Positions 10,248 to 19,457 of a stretch of DNA of 64,000 nucleotides are shown here, in pieces. Each line of letters starts with the position of its first letter. Position 1 is the first letter of the stretch. This DNA comes from Candidatus Omnitrophota bacterium (GTDB lineage: Bacteria; Omnitrophota; Gorgyraeia; Zapsychrales; Fredricksoniimonadaceae): the NCBI GenBank assembly GCA_903860135.1, contig CAIOPG010000008.1, positions 127-64,126 on the forward strand, in the 5' to 3' direction. The notes beneath the pieces are model-generated. The model worked only from the letters and a program-made list of their open reading frames with translations. It had not been told where the DNA came from and made no database searches. Both the position numbers and the translations under genes were made by a program.

Positions 10248-10459
10248 GACTAACTCCTTGTTATTATTTTCAATAAGATGTCGATGCATTAACCCATTGC
10301 TGAACAATCACCCCCGGCCAAAATGCTATGCGTTTATGGGAACAATATCAAGACAAAATTGGAATGATATTGGAACATATTGTAAACTAACGAGTTGTGA
10401 AATATATAGTTAATCATGGAGAATAAAACCAATAAAATAACACAAAGAAACACCTATAA

Positions 10460-11614
10460 TCAATCCGTCTTCACAAGAAATATGTCAAGCGCCTGACGCC
10501 ATGGTAAAACAACAATGTCATGGGGCAATTTCCGGGGATGCGCATCCTTCAATGATACGATGAACACCGGCAATGCTGGAAAACGCTTGCGTAAAGCTAT
10601 CCGAGCGTCATCGGATATTGTTTCCAATGAGGTCTTACACTCAAACGCCATCACAGGACCGCGAGGCCCTGTGACCAGGATATCAACCTCATGTTTCCCT
10701 TCCCTCCAAAAAGCTAACTCATACGGCTTTTCATGATAATCCCTGATACGCCTTAGTTCATTATAAAAGAATGTCTCGAACAAAAATCCCTTCTCCTGTG
10801 GCGTAGGTGAATCTGTCAAACGATTCTGCAATGCCCGCACAACCCCGCAATCGAAGAAATAAAACTTCGGACGTGCCTTCTTTCGTTCACTCCTGTCCCA
10901 CGGCCACAAGAAACTCCCCAGGAGCGTATCTTCCAGAATTGAAAAATATTCTTTCACCGTACTCATAGAAACCGATGAATCTCGCGACACCGAAGCAAAC
11001 TCAATAGTCTCTGCATTCATTTGAGCCGCCACAGCTAGAAACCTCTGAAAAGCACCCACATTGCGGGTCAAGGCCTCAGCCTGGACTTCTTCTTTGATGT
11101 AAATGGTACCATACGCTTTTAACTGCCGTCGGACATCATCTACTTTGCCTTCAAGAAACGTTGTCACCACACGTGGCAATGTTCCATACGCCAAAGCCAT
11201 TTCAACATCAAACGCTTTCCCGATCTCCTCATGCGTCAACGGATAGAGCCGGAGATCCAACGCCCTTCCTCCCAGCAAGTTAGCACTATCCCTGCGCAGC
11301 TTTCGAGCGCTTGAACCGGAAAGAATAAATCTCAACCCTAGTTCTTCTATCCCCTTTTGCACATAATTTAATAGAACCGGAACACGCTGGATCTCGTCGA
11401 TAATAACCAGATCATCCTTGCTCAACATCTGCAACTTTTGCCAAAATAAAGACGGCGAACGCGACAAGGAAAGCTCAACTTCAGGATCCAGCAAATCCAG
11501 AAAAAGCGCATGCCGCAATTGGCGCAACAAAAAAGTCTTGCCTGTCATGCGAGGGCCAAACAAGAAAAGAGAGCCGGAAATCTTATTTAATTGAAGGGAT
11601 CGATGAAAGTTCAT
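10460..11614 (-). CDS. AAA+ ATPase with DUF4143 / C-terminal PD-(D/E)xK-like domain
   Basis: GPRMTGKT Walker A, IIDEIQ Walker B, SGSS, KFYFFDCG, EVD...ECK. Confidence 0.85.
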   Translation of the reverse strand: MNFHRSLQLNKISGSLFLFGPRMTGKTFLLRQLRHALFLDLLDPEVELSLSRSPSLFWQKLQMLSKDDLVIIDEIQRVPVLLNYVQKGIEELGLRFILSGSSARKLRRDSANLLGGRALDLRLYPLTHEEIGKAFDVEMALAYGTLPRVVTTFLEGKVDDVRRQLKAYGTIYIKEEVQAEALTRNVGAFQRFLAVAAQMNAETIEFASVSRDSSVSMSTVKEYFSILEDTLLGSFLWPWDRSERKKARPKFYFFDCGVVRALQNRLTDSPTPQEKGFLFETFFYNELRRIRDYHEKPYELAFWREGKHEVDILVTGPRGPVMAFECKTSLETISDDARIALRKRFPALPVFIVSLKDAHPRKLPHDIVVLPWRQALDIFLVKTD

Positions 11615-11703
11615 ATTAAGAGAATAACATATATATGTTATTTATCAAACTTAAATAACAACTCATTGGCGTCAGCAGTTCAAATCAGCTCAGCCAATAA
11701 GCA

Positions 11704-12855
11704 TTAGACCGCAGAACCATTCTTAATTCTTAATAGCTCATACCTTAAGTCAGATTTAAATAATGTCGGGCTTAAACTCTTCAATCTCTTTTGAACCGTA
11801 TCTAAAGCCGGTTTCGAATTATCAATGCCAATCCACCTCCGACCTAGTTCATTCGCTGCCATAATAGTTGTTCCAGATCCCAAAAAACAATCCATAACCA
11901 CATCATCTTCATCTGAAGAAGTCGTAATAATACGCCGCACAAGCTCTATATTCTTCTCTGTCGGATATTGGGGATACATGGGATCTTTGTACTCCCAGAT
12001 ATCTTGGACTCTTTTCCCTCTTTCACGCGCATCTTCCATAAAAATTCTTTTTCTTGGTACGTTATTCTTCGACCATTCAACAAGCCCAGCCTTATCTAGG
12101 TTTTCCAGTTCAGCGGGATCACTCCGCCAATGACGCCCCTTGGGCGGAAGAATCCCTCTCCAAGCCTTGCCTGTTGATCCATTAGCCGTCTCTCCCGGAG
12201 CATGTAACGGAATCGTGGTATAATGCCGTCCATTTTCATCAACCTTTAAAAAAAGCTTTCTTACTTCATCTCCCTTAAAAGCCTCTCGCGGCTCATGCCA
12301 GGTATATTTACCCGTCTTTGAATAGAAAAGGATCAAGTCTTTAATATTTCCATACCCTTTACGACTAAAATTCTTTGGGCTACATTTAATGCGCGCGATA
12401 TCATTTCTAAAATTAGAAATACCGAATATCTCATCCATCATGATTTTCACATAATGCCCGATTTTATAATCAATATGAAGGTAAATGGACGCCTTATCTG
12501 ACATTAATTCTCGCATCAAAATAAGTCGCTGTCGTAAAAACTCAATGAACTCCGCACCGATAAGATTGTCTTCATACGCCGTCTCATCACTTTGAGCAAA
12601 ACTAATCGTACTGGTTCTTGTTTTTCCGATTTTGAAAGTGTTTCTTGTAGAAAAAGGAGGGTCAATATAAATCAAATCAATACTCTTGCTCAAATTCAGA
12701 TCATACAATAAGCACTTTAGAACCTTTAGATTGTCTCCAAATATTAATTTATTCTCATGACCTTTCATCCCATTCTCAGTCAGTAATTCACCACGATCAT
12801 GTTTGCTTAATACGCAAGCTTCAGATAATTTATTCTTATATTCTAATGATATCAT
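11704..12855 (-). CDS. Type II site-specific amino-DNA methyltransferase (beta class)
   Basis: IDLIYIDPPF catalytic motif N-terminal to the DCFLGSGTT SAM-binding motif. Confidence 0.92.
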   Translation of the reverse strand: MISLEYKNKLSEACVLSKHDRGELLTENGMKGHENKLIFGDNLKVLKCLLYDLNLSKSIDLIYIDPPFSTRNTFKIGKTRTSTISFAQSDETAYEDNLIGAEFIEFLRQRLILMRELMSDKASIYLHIDYKIGHYVKIMMDEIFGISNFRNDIARIKCSPKNFSRKGYGNIKDLILFYSKTGKYTWHEPREAFKGDEVRKLFLKVDENGRHYTTIPLHAPGETANGSTGKAWRGILPPKGRHWRSDPAELENLDKAGLVEWSKNNVPRKRIFMEDARERGKRVQDIWEYKDPMYPQYPTEKNIELVRRIITTSSDEDDVVMDCFLGSGTTIMAANELGRRWIGIDNSKPALDTVQKRLKSLSPTLFKSDLRYELLRIKNGSAV

Positions 12856-12867
12856 CGATAACCCTTT

Positions 12868-13650
12868 TTAAACCTGATATAAGAAATCCCGCAATACGAG
12901 TGAACTCATTATGTTGTATTTTTGCTTGTTAGTCGCAATAAAATCATACATTTTATTTCCACTCTTGATATATAAAACCCCATCCAATATCGCAATCTTG
13001 ACAGCCGTGACATCCTTTGCTTCTAACGTCTGGATGGCATCTTGAAACTGTGCGTTCTGATGCCCTCCGAAATCAGTAAGAAACTTAGCCTCACCAATAA
13101 TATACTTCCCGTTAAATCTTGCGACAAAATCCAAACCTTTGGGATGAGAATATCCAAGATACTTTTCTGCAAACAATCGCATCTCTGCATCCCCCGCATC
13201 CAGCACGGCATTCTCCGAGGAAAGAAGAAACTTCTCGGAGCTTAGTAAGCTCACACCCAAAGTCTTTTTATTTAACCATCGACGAAACAATGGTCCAATC
13301 TGTCGATTTGTTTCTTTAGGCTCAGTGCACTTTTTAAAGATTTCTGTCAATCCCATTTCATATATTCGACCGGCCAAGCGGTTAACTGTTTCAGGATTCC
13401 TCTTTAATGCACCCCGGTCTCTCTTAAAATAAGCAACATATGAGTCTTTGATCGGAAACAATTCAAGATCTAACAAAGACTCTATTAATGCCCCGTTGTC
13501 TTTCTTTAAAAATGATGACTCCACAGTTCTCCACAGCGCATTATCAACCTCTCTAATGCCCTCCGGGATAATAGGATAAACTTTATAAAGCTCATCAAGG
13601 TAATTTCTCTGATTGGCATAATCAACACTCATTTGTGTCCAAATATTCAT
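12868..13650 (-). CDS. Type II restriction endonuclease (resembles Tsp45I family)
   Basis: LDF...GEAKFLTDFGGHQ PD-(D/E)xK core; adjacent to MTase; AT-rich; family assignment from recall, specificity unverified. Confidence 0.7.
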   Translation of the reverse strand: MNIWTQMSVDYANQRNYLDELYKVYPIIPEGIREVDNALWRTVESSFLKKDNGALIESLLDLELFPIKDSYVAYFKRDRGALKRNPETVNRLAGRIYEMGLTEIFKKCTEPKETNRQIGPLFRRWLNKKTLGVSLLSSEKFLLSSENAVLDAGDAEMRLFAEKYLGYSHPKGLDFVARFNGKYIIGEAKFLTDFGGHQNAQFQDAIQTLEAKDVTAVKIAILDGVLYIKSGNKMYDFIATNKQKYNIMSSLVLRDFLYQV

Positions 13651-13824
13651 ACGTAACCTTTCAGCTTCTATAAAGAATGTACGGGAAAAGACATGCTTTC
13701 TATACCGTAACAATACCACTCTTGCGTGTGGGTGTCAAGGTGCCTCGCCCACGCTATTAACTTAACGGCATAACCTTGGCAAACTTTATATCAGTAGAAC
13801 ATCAAGGTCAAGCTTAATAAATGC

Positions 13825-14817
13825 TTACAGCTGAATCTTCAAGCTATGCCCGGCATCCGTGGCAACGGTTCGGCCCAGGGTGCGGAGCATGCCGGCGACA
13901 CAGTTGCGGCAGTCACCGGGAGCGTCGTTGATGCAGATCTTGCCGGGGTAAAGCTGGTAGTGCTGGCGGTAGCGTGTGGGCGTGACATTGGGCATGAGGA
14001 CATTGGCACCGCAACGCAGGGCTTGCTCGCGGCCGCCTTTTTCGATCGAGCCCATGGCGGTGGTGGCGGGAATATGCGTATTCCTTGTTAAAATACGCAA
14101 TAAAGCAACAACCTTGAGCGTCAGCGCAAGCGTGCCGCTGGCAATAGCCCCCAGAGGGGTGCGAGGATCAGCGATAAAGGGGCCGATGCCGATCATGTCA
14201 AGATCGAGTGCCTTCATTTGAAGAATATCATCAGTCAAAATATCCGGCGTCTGGCCTGGCAGGCCAACCATGATCCCGGAACCAACCTGGAAGCCAACCT
14301 CTTTCAGCCACCGCAGGCATTGCATGCGCGCGGCATACGAAGAATCCGGTTTTAACCTGGCGAACAACGCTTCCGATGATGTTTCAAAGCGCAAGAGATA
14401 GCGGTCGGCTCCGGCTGAACGCAGAGCGGCATATTCTTCTTTGGTCTTCTCGCCCATCGAAAGCGTGAGCGCGATCCCCAACTCGGCCTTGATGCGGCGC
14501 ACTAAAAGGCACATTGCGATCAGCGGATACCGGTCATTCTCGCCGGATTGCAGGACCAGCGTCTTGTAGCCGAGGCCGGCGGCTGTTTTCGCTGTTTCAA
14601 AGATCTCATCCACATCCATGCGGTAACGCGCCACCGTGCGGCTGGATGCACGGATCCCGCAATACAGGCAATCGCGAGCGCAAATATTGGAGAATTCAAT
14701 CAGGCCGCGCAAATGCACGGCATCGCCCACACATTCCCGCCGCACACGGTCCGCCGCGGCAAAAAGCTCTGCCGTGTCCGGCGAAGCAAGCGCTTCAAGA
14801 ATATCCGCCCTATTCAT
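13825..14817 (-). CDS. hydE: [FeFe]-hydrogenase maturase HydE (radical SAM)
   Basis: RGLIEFSNICARDCLYCG; GANVLMPNVTP..YR..YQLYPGKIC. Confidence 0.92.
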   Translation of the reverse strand: MNRADILEALASPDTAELFAAADRVRRECVGDAVHLRGLIEFSNICARDCLYCGIRASSRTVARYRMDVDEIFETAKTAAGLGYKTLVLQSGENDRYPLIAMCLLVRRIKAELGIALTLSMGEKTKEEYAALRSAGADRYLLRFETSSEALFARLKPDSSYAARMQCLRWLKEVGFQVGSGIMVGLPGQTPDILTDDILQMKALDLDMIGIGPFIADPRTPLGAIASGTLALTLKVVALLRILTRNTHIPATTAMGSIEKGGREQALRCGANVLMPNVTPTRYRQHYQLYPGKICINDAPGDCRNCVAGMLRTLGRTVATDAGHSLKIQL

Positions 14818-14818
14818 C

Positions 14819-16309
14819 TCAGAGGTAAAGATCACGTTCGCCTTTCTTGACACGCTCATAATAGTTCATAAAAATATCCAACGCCTGCGGGTTCTTGCGC
14901 TTGACTTCGGCGATCTCGCGTTCGATCAAAGGCTTGGCCAGTTGTTTGGTCGCCTCACTGCCAAAATCATCCACCCACTCCTGGAACGTCAGGATCGCAT
15001 TCAGTTTGCAAAATTTACCTTCGGCGCCGCTCCGTAAAAGGTCCATGATGCATTTACCCGTCCGGCCGCAACGATAACCTGCGGTACAAAAAGACGTGAT
15101 AAATCCCTGAGCCGCCAGGTCACAGATCAACTCATCCAGCGACCGCGTATCGCCCAGGATAAACTGCTGTTTCTCTTCCTCTTGCGTTGTCACACAATTG
15201 GCATAGCCGCCAATGGCAATGCGCGAAGACGCGTCCATCTGGGTCACCCCCAGTCGCAGGGCCTCGTCGCGGATCGCTCCCTTCTCACGCGCGGTGATGA
15301 TCATGCCCGTATACGGCACCGCCAGGCGGATGATCATCATGATCTTCTTGAAATCATCGTCGGACACAAGGTACGGCCAATCCGGGGTGATGACCGAATT
15401 GAGTGCCGGCACAAGGCGCGGGAACGAGACGGTATGGGCACCGATGCCCATCCTCTTTTCCAACTCCTGCGTATGACGCACCAGCGCAATCAGCTCAAAA
15501 CGCCAGTCATACAGGCCGAACAAGGCACCAATCCCCACGTCGTCGATCCCGGCCTCCATGGCGCGGTGCATGGCATACAAGCGCCAGTTATAATCTGCCT
15601 TGATCGTGCCCGCAGGATGCATGCGGGCATACGTCTTTTTGTGATACGTCTCCTGAAACACCTGATACGTACCGATCCCCGCCTCATTGATCTTCTTCAG
15701 ATCACTGATAGAGAAAGGCGGCGCGTTCACATTGATCCGGCGTATGGCATTGGTGCCGTGCTTTGTTTTAACCTTAACGTCATAGATCGTCTTCATGCTT
15801 TCAACGATATAATCCACATCGTTTTTAGGATGCTCCCCGTACACTACAATCAATCGCTTGTGCCCGATCTCCCCGGCCAGGACTTCAATTTCCCGGCGGA
15901 TCTCCTCCTGACTCAACACCTTGCGGCTAGCCGAGGTATTGTCATTATTAAACCCGCAATACGCACAGCGGTTGACACAATAATTCCCCAGATAAAACGG
16001 CGCAAATGTCACGATGCGATTGTCATAAACCTTGAGCTTGACCGCAAGTGCCGTTGCCCGCATTTCCTCAAGCATTCCCTTGTCATTGACATTGATCAAC
16101 GTCAACACTTCCGCCGGTGTCAGATCTTTAACCGCCAGCGACTTGGCAAGGATTTCCCGGACAGCCGCCGGATCCGGCTCATGCCCTTCGGCCGCCTTGA
16201 TCGCCGCCTCAATGGCATCATCATCAATAAAATCCCTGCCCTCATCCATATACTTTGTGACTTCATCCTGCCTGATCCGCTGACCAGCCCATCCTTTAAG
16301 CGTTTCCAT
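14819..16309 (-). CDS. hydG: [FeFe]-hydrogenase maturase HydG
   Basis: CVNRCAYCGF radical SAM motif, FQETYH, GIDDVGIG, C-terminal CX5CX19C. Confidence 0.93.
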   Translation of the reverse strand: METLKGWAGQRIRQDEVTKYMDEGRDFIDDDAIEAAIKAAEGHEPDPAAVREILAKSLAVKDLTPAEVLTLINVNDKGMLEEMRATALAVKLKVYDNRIVTFAPFYLGNYCVNRCAYCGFNNDNTSASRKVLSQEEIRREIEVLAGEIGHKRLIVVYGEHPKNDVDYIVESMKTIYDVKVKTKHGTNAIRRINVNAPPFSISDLKKINEAGIGTYQVFQETYHKKTYARMHPAGTIKADYNWRLYAMHRAMEAGIDDVGIGALFGLYDWRFELIALVRHTQELEKRMGIGAHTVSFPRLVPALNSVITPDWPYLVSDDDFKKIMMIIRLAVPYTGMIITAREKGAIRDEALRLGVTQMDASSRIAIGGYANCVTTQEEEKQQFILGDTRSLDELICDLAAQGFITSFCTAGYRCGRTGKCIMDLLRSGAEGKFCKLNAILTFQEWVDDFGSEATKQLAKPLIEREIAEVKRKNPQALDIFMNYYERVKKGERDLYL

Positions 16310-17603
16310 GACCTTCTCTCTTTTCCGGGACAGTATTTCTCCGTCCCTGTGATAATACTTTAAGTTCCTTTTCAAACGCCTCCAAGGCCGCCGGAAAGGG
16401 GCCCAGGGCACGTTTTAAAACGCCCTGAACACATGCGATCCCGACGCCGTAATTGGTGACCGGCACCCCCTTGGACCTGGCCTGGTCCAGGCGCCACAGC
16501 ATCTCGCCGCGCGTGAGCATGCACGCCCCGCAATGCACGATCAGGCGATATTGCGTCAGATCCGGCGGATAATCGCGCCCGGCCACATGATCGATCACAA
16601 GGTCGCCGCCAACATACTGCCTCAGCCAGCGCGGGATCTTGACCGTGCCAATATCGTCTTCAGCCGCATGGTGCGAACAACTTTCCGCGATCAGGACTTT
16701 ATCACCGGGCATCAAGCCTTCAATATGCGCCGCCCCGCGCGCCATTTCAACCAGGTCGCCCTTAAAGCGGGCGAACAAGATCGAGAACGTCGTGCACTTG
16801 ACCGCCACCGGCGTATCCGCCGCCATTTTCATCACCACCTGCGAATCACATACAACCAAGTCCGGCGGACGTTTCAAATTGGCCAGCGCGGCCGCGTATT
16901 CCCGTTCCTTGACGACCAGAACCATCGCATCATGGTCGAGCGCATCCCGGATCGCCTGCACCTGCGGCAGAATCAGCCTCCCTTTGGGCGCCTGCAGGTC
17001 AATAGGGACAATCAGGACCACAACCCCGCCCGCCGGGACAAGATCGCCCAGGAGCGATGACGGCCTTAAGAAATCTTCAGGACAAGCATGGAGCATGCAC
17101 TGTTTAAACACGCCCAGCGCCGCTTCCCGGCCATTACGATCAATGCTCGAGCCAACAACCACCCTGGGTGTAATCCCCTGAATCCGCGTCATAAATTCAG
17201 GCGATGGCTGAGCAATGTCAGCTTTATTCACCACAATGATCAGAGGCTTTTTGATCGACGTAATTTCCTGAACAAAATCATCTTCACACACGCCCCAGAC
17301 CCCAGACTCTACCACTAGCACCGCAATATCGGCACGCGTTAGAGCCCGGTGCGTGCGTTCAATACGTTTCTCTCCCAAAAGAGAACCATCATCAAGCCCC
17401 GCCGTATCAAGGAACATCACCGGTCCCACCGGCAATAACTCCATGGCCTTCTCGACCACATCGGTCGTGGTGCCCGGCACCGGCGAGGTGATCGCCACAT
17501 CCTGTCCCGCGATCATATTGAGGAAACTCGATTTCCCCGCATTGACCCGCCCGAACAAGCCGATCTGAAGCCTTAATGACTTTGGCACTGCTGGCATATT
17601 CAT
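16296..17603 (-). CDS. hydF: [FeFe]-hydrogenase maturation GTPase HydF
   Basis: GRVNAGKSS, DTAG, NKAD, APKGRLILPQ, CSHH...HCGAC. Confidence 0.95.
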   Translation of the reverse strand: MNMPAVPKSLRLQIGLFGRVNAGKSSFLNMIAGQDVAITSPVPGTTTDVVEKAMELLPVGPVMFLDTAGLDDGSLLGEKRIERTHRALTRADIAVLVVESGVWGVCEDDFVQEITSIKKPLIIVVNKADIAQPSPEFMTRIQGITPRVVVGSSIDRNGREAALGVFKQCMLHACPEDFLRPSSLLGDLVPAGGVVVLIVPIDLQAPKGRLILPQVQAIRDALDHDAMVLVVKEREYAAALANLKRPPDLVVCDSQVVMKMAADTPVAVKCTTFSILFARFKGDLVEMARGAAHIEGLMPGDKVLIAESCSHHAAEDDIGTVKIPRWLRQYVGGDLVIDHVAGRDYPPDLTQYRLIVHCGACMLTRGEMLWRLDQARSKGVPVTNYGVGIACVQGVLKRALGPFPAALEAFEKELKVLSQGRRNTVPEKREGHGNA

Positions 17604-18979
17604 GTCCTGTACCCCAATCCTAATAATTGATGCGGCGACAAGGCTTTATCGACAGCCTCCTTGCCAAGTTTTGCTTCAAGGAACAGTCGTAAATTATCGT
17701 CTCCCGTCTCATCGAATTCTTTAAGTAACGCCTGGCAACGATCATACCCGAGCGCTGGCACAAAAGCCGTGATGAGCATCCGGCTGTGATCCACATAATA
17801 CCGGCACCGCGCCTCATCGGCCTGTATCCACTCGATATGCACTGTCAATTGCTGTACAGCGTTATTCAACAAAGCCAATGACCCTAAGAAAGCATCGGCC
17901 AACAGCGGCATGAATTCCACGATCTGCCCCGTCGCCCGCCCGGCCGCCTCAGCAACGAGCATGTCATTGGCGCAGACCTTAAGCGCCGCCTGGGCCGCCG
18001 CTTCAAAGATCACCGGATTCACCTTGCCCGGCATGATCGATGACCCCGCCTGCACCGCCGGAAGCCGGATCTCGCCGAGCATGTTGAGCAGCCTCAAATC
18101 ACCGGTCATCTTCAGGATATTGACCGCGTGCGCCTTGAGGATCCCCGAAACTTCAACGAACACATCCGCATTCATGGTCTCACCAACAGGATTTTCGCCA
18201 CGGCACACCCCCAGCCCTGTCACCGCACGCAATTTCTCGATCACCAGAAAAATATAATCCCGCGGAGCGCCGATCCCTGTGCCGATCGCTGTCCCGCCGA
18301 GATTCACCACCCGGAGCCGTTCTTCACACTTGAACACACGCCAGCGGTCGCGCCCGAAGGCTTCCGCCAACCCCGCCAATTGCGCCCCCAGGGTCATGGG
18401 CACCGCCTCTTGCATTTCCGTGCGTCCGAGCGTTACGATCAGCGCGAATTCTTTTTCCTTGCGCTGTAACACCCCCTGCAATAAGGCCACGGCTTCACTC
18501 AACCGCCGCAATTCAACGATCGCCGCCACCTTGACCGCCGTCGGATAAACATCATTGGTGGACTGATGCCGGTTCACATCGTCCAAAGGATGCAAGATCG
18601 TATAAGCACCGCGCGCCTTGCCCATCAATTCGAGCGCCCGGTTGGCAATGACCTCATTCATGTTCATGTTCGTCGACGTCCCTGCCCCGCCCTGAAGGGC
18701 ATCGAGCGGAAACTGATCCATCCACTTGCCGGCGATGATTTCATCACAGGCCGCGACCATGGCCACGGCCTTCTCCGGCGCAAGATAGCCCAGATCCAGG
18801 TTCGCCTGAACGCAGGCTTTCTTGACCAGCGCTAAAGCCCGGACTAAGACCAACGGCACCTTCCCTGTGACGACCGGGAAATTCTCCATCGCCCGCGCGG
18901 TATGAATGCCCCAATAAACATCTTCAGGGACAGCCTTAGCCCCCAGCATGTCATGTTCCATGCGCTGTCCCATTGTCAT
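17600..18979 (-). CDS. aspA: Aspartate ammonia-lyase
   Basis: QGGAGTSTNMN, HQSTND, GSSIMPGKVNP; common hydEFG neighbour. Confidence 0.88.
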   Translation of the reverse strand: MTMGQRMEHDMLGAKAVPEDVYWGIHTARAMENFPVVTGKVPLVLVRALALVKKACVQANLDLGYLAPEKAVAMVAACDEIIAGKWMDQFPLDALQGGAGTSTNMNMNEVIANRALELMGKARGAYTILHPLDDVNRHQSTNDVYPTAVKVAAIVELRRLSEAVALLQGVLQRKEKEFALIVTLGRTEMQEAVPMTLGAQLAGLAEAFGRDRWRVFKCEERLRVVNLGGTAIGTGIGAPRDYIFLVIEKLRAVTGLGVCRGENPVGETMNADVFVEVSGILKAHAVNILKMTGDLRLLNMLGEIRLPAVQAGSSIMPGKVNPVIFEAAAQAALKVCANDMLVAEAAGRATGQIVEFMPLLADAFLGSLALLNNAVQQLTVHIEWIQADEARCRYYVDHSRMLITAFVPALGYDRCQALLKEFDETGDDNLRLFLEAKLGKEAVDKALSPHQLLGLGYRT

Positions 18980-19224
18980 ACTTTCGCCAAAGCTGAACGC
19001 ACTGTAACGCCTTCAATGGCGCCCAGCTTGCCCGTCAGGGCACCGAGCTGGTCGGTCGTCATATCCACGGTGAGCGTGATCACACTGCAATGCCGTTCTT
19101 TATACGGAAGCCCGACACGCGCCACAATTTCCTCGCCATAATCTGACAAAACCTTATTCACCGACGGCGCCGCCTTCAAACGGTTTTCAATGATGATGCC
19201 TACAAAGCCGATACGTTTACCCAT
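18976..19224 (-). CDS. TM1266-family iron-only hydrogenase system putative regulator
   Basis: KRIGFVGIIIE...VN..LS...IVARVGLPY...I...GALTGKLG.I.GV.V. Confidence 0.88.
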   Translation of the reverse strand: MGKRIGFVGIIIENRLKAAPSVNKVLSDYGEEIVARVGLPYKERHCSVITLTVDMTTDQLGALTGKLGAIEGVTVRSALAKV

Positions 19225-19229
19225 TTCCA

Positions 19230-19268
19230 CCCCTCCCCTAACCCCTCCCACGCTGACGCGGGGAGGGG
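19230..19268 (+). repeat. C-rich/G-rich REP-like palindromic element, copy 2 (supplies SD of the TM1266 gene)
   Basis: CCCCTCCCCTAACCCCTCCCACGCTGACGCGGGGAGGGG. Confidence 0.65.
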
Positions 19269-19300
19269 AACTTTTATAAGATCACCCATATTAAGAATAC

Positions 19301-19342
19301 AAAATAAAAATCCCGGCTCCTGCGCTGGCAAGGAACCGGGAT
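19301..19342 (-). terminator. Intrinsic terminator in leader of hydrogenase maturation operon
   Basis: ATCCCGGTTCCT / AGGAGCCGGGAT stem followed by TTTTATTTT on minus strand. Confidence 0.8.
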
Positions 19343-19423
19343 CATTAAAACGATGATTGTCCGATCCCTTGGATTCAAGCTGAACATTTCAGCTCTGACC
19401 GCAGGTGATGATCAATTATAACA
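19301..19423 (-). promoter_or_regulatory. Candidate attenuator/riboswitch leader with extended -10 promoter
   Basis: TGtTATAAT at 19423-19415; AGCTGAA/TTCAGCT hairpin; CAAGGGATCGG can pair with the terminator arm CCGGTTCCTTG. Confidence 0.55.
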
Positions 19424-19428
19424 CAAAC

Positions 19429-19457
19429 GTACGGAACGGTTTGAAACCGTTCCCTAC
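19429..19457. repeat. GTAG-type REP-like palindrome overlapping the hndD stop codon
   Basis: Minus strand GTAGGGAACGGTTTCAAACCGTTCCGTAC. Confidence 0.55.

Noticed and set aside
14819-15110. HydG auxiliary cluster motif CX5CX19C instead of CX2CX22C
   Set aside because: Known natural variant of HydG, so not novel.
17600-18979. Aspartate ammonia-lyase inside a hydrogenase maturation operon
   Set aside because: This association is already known in several anaerobes.
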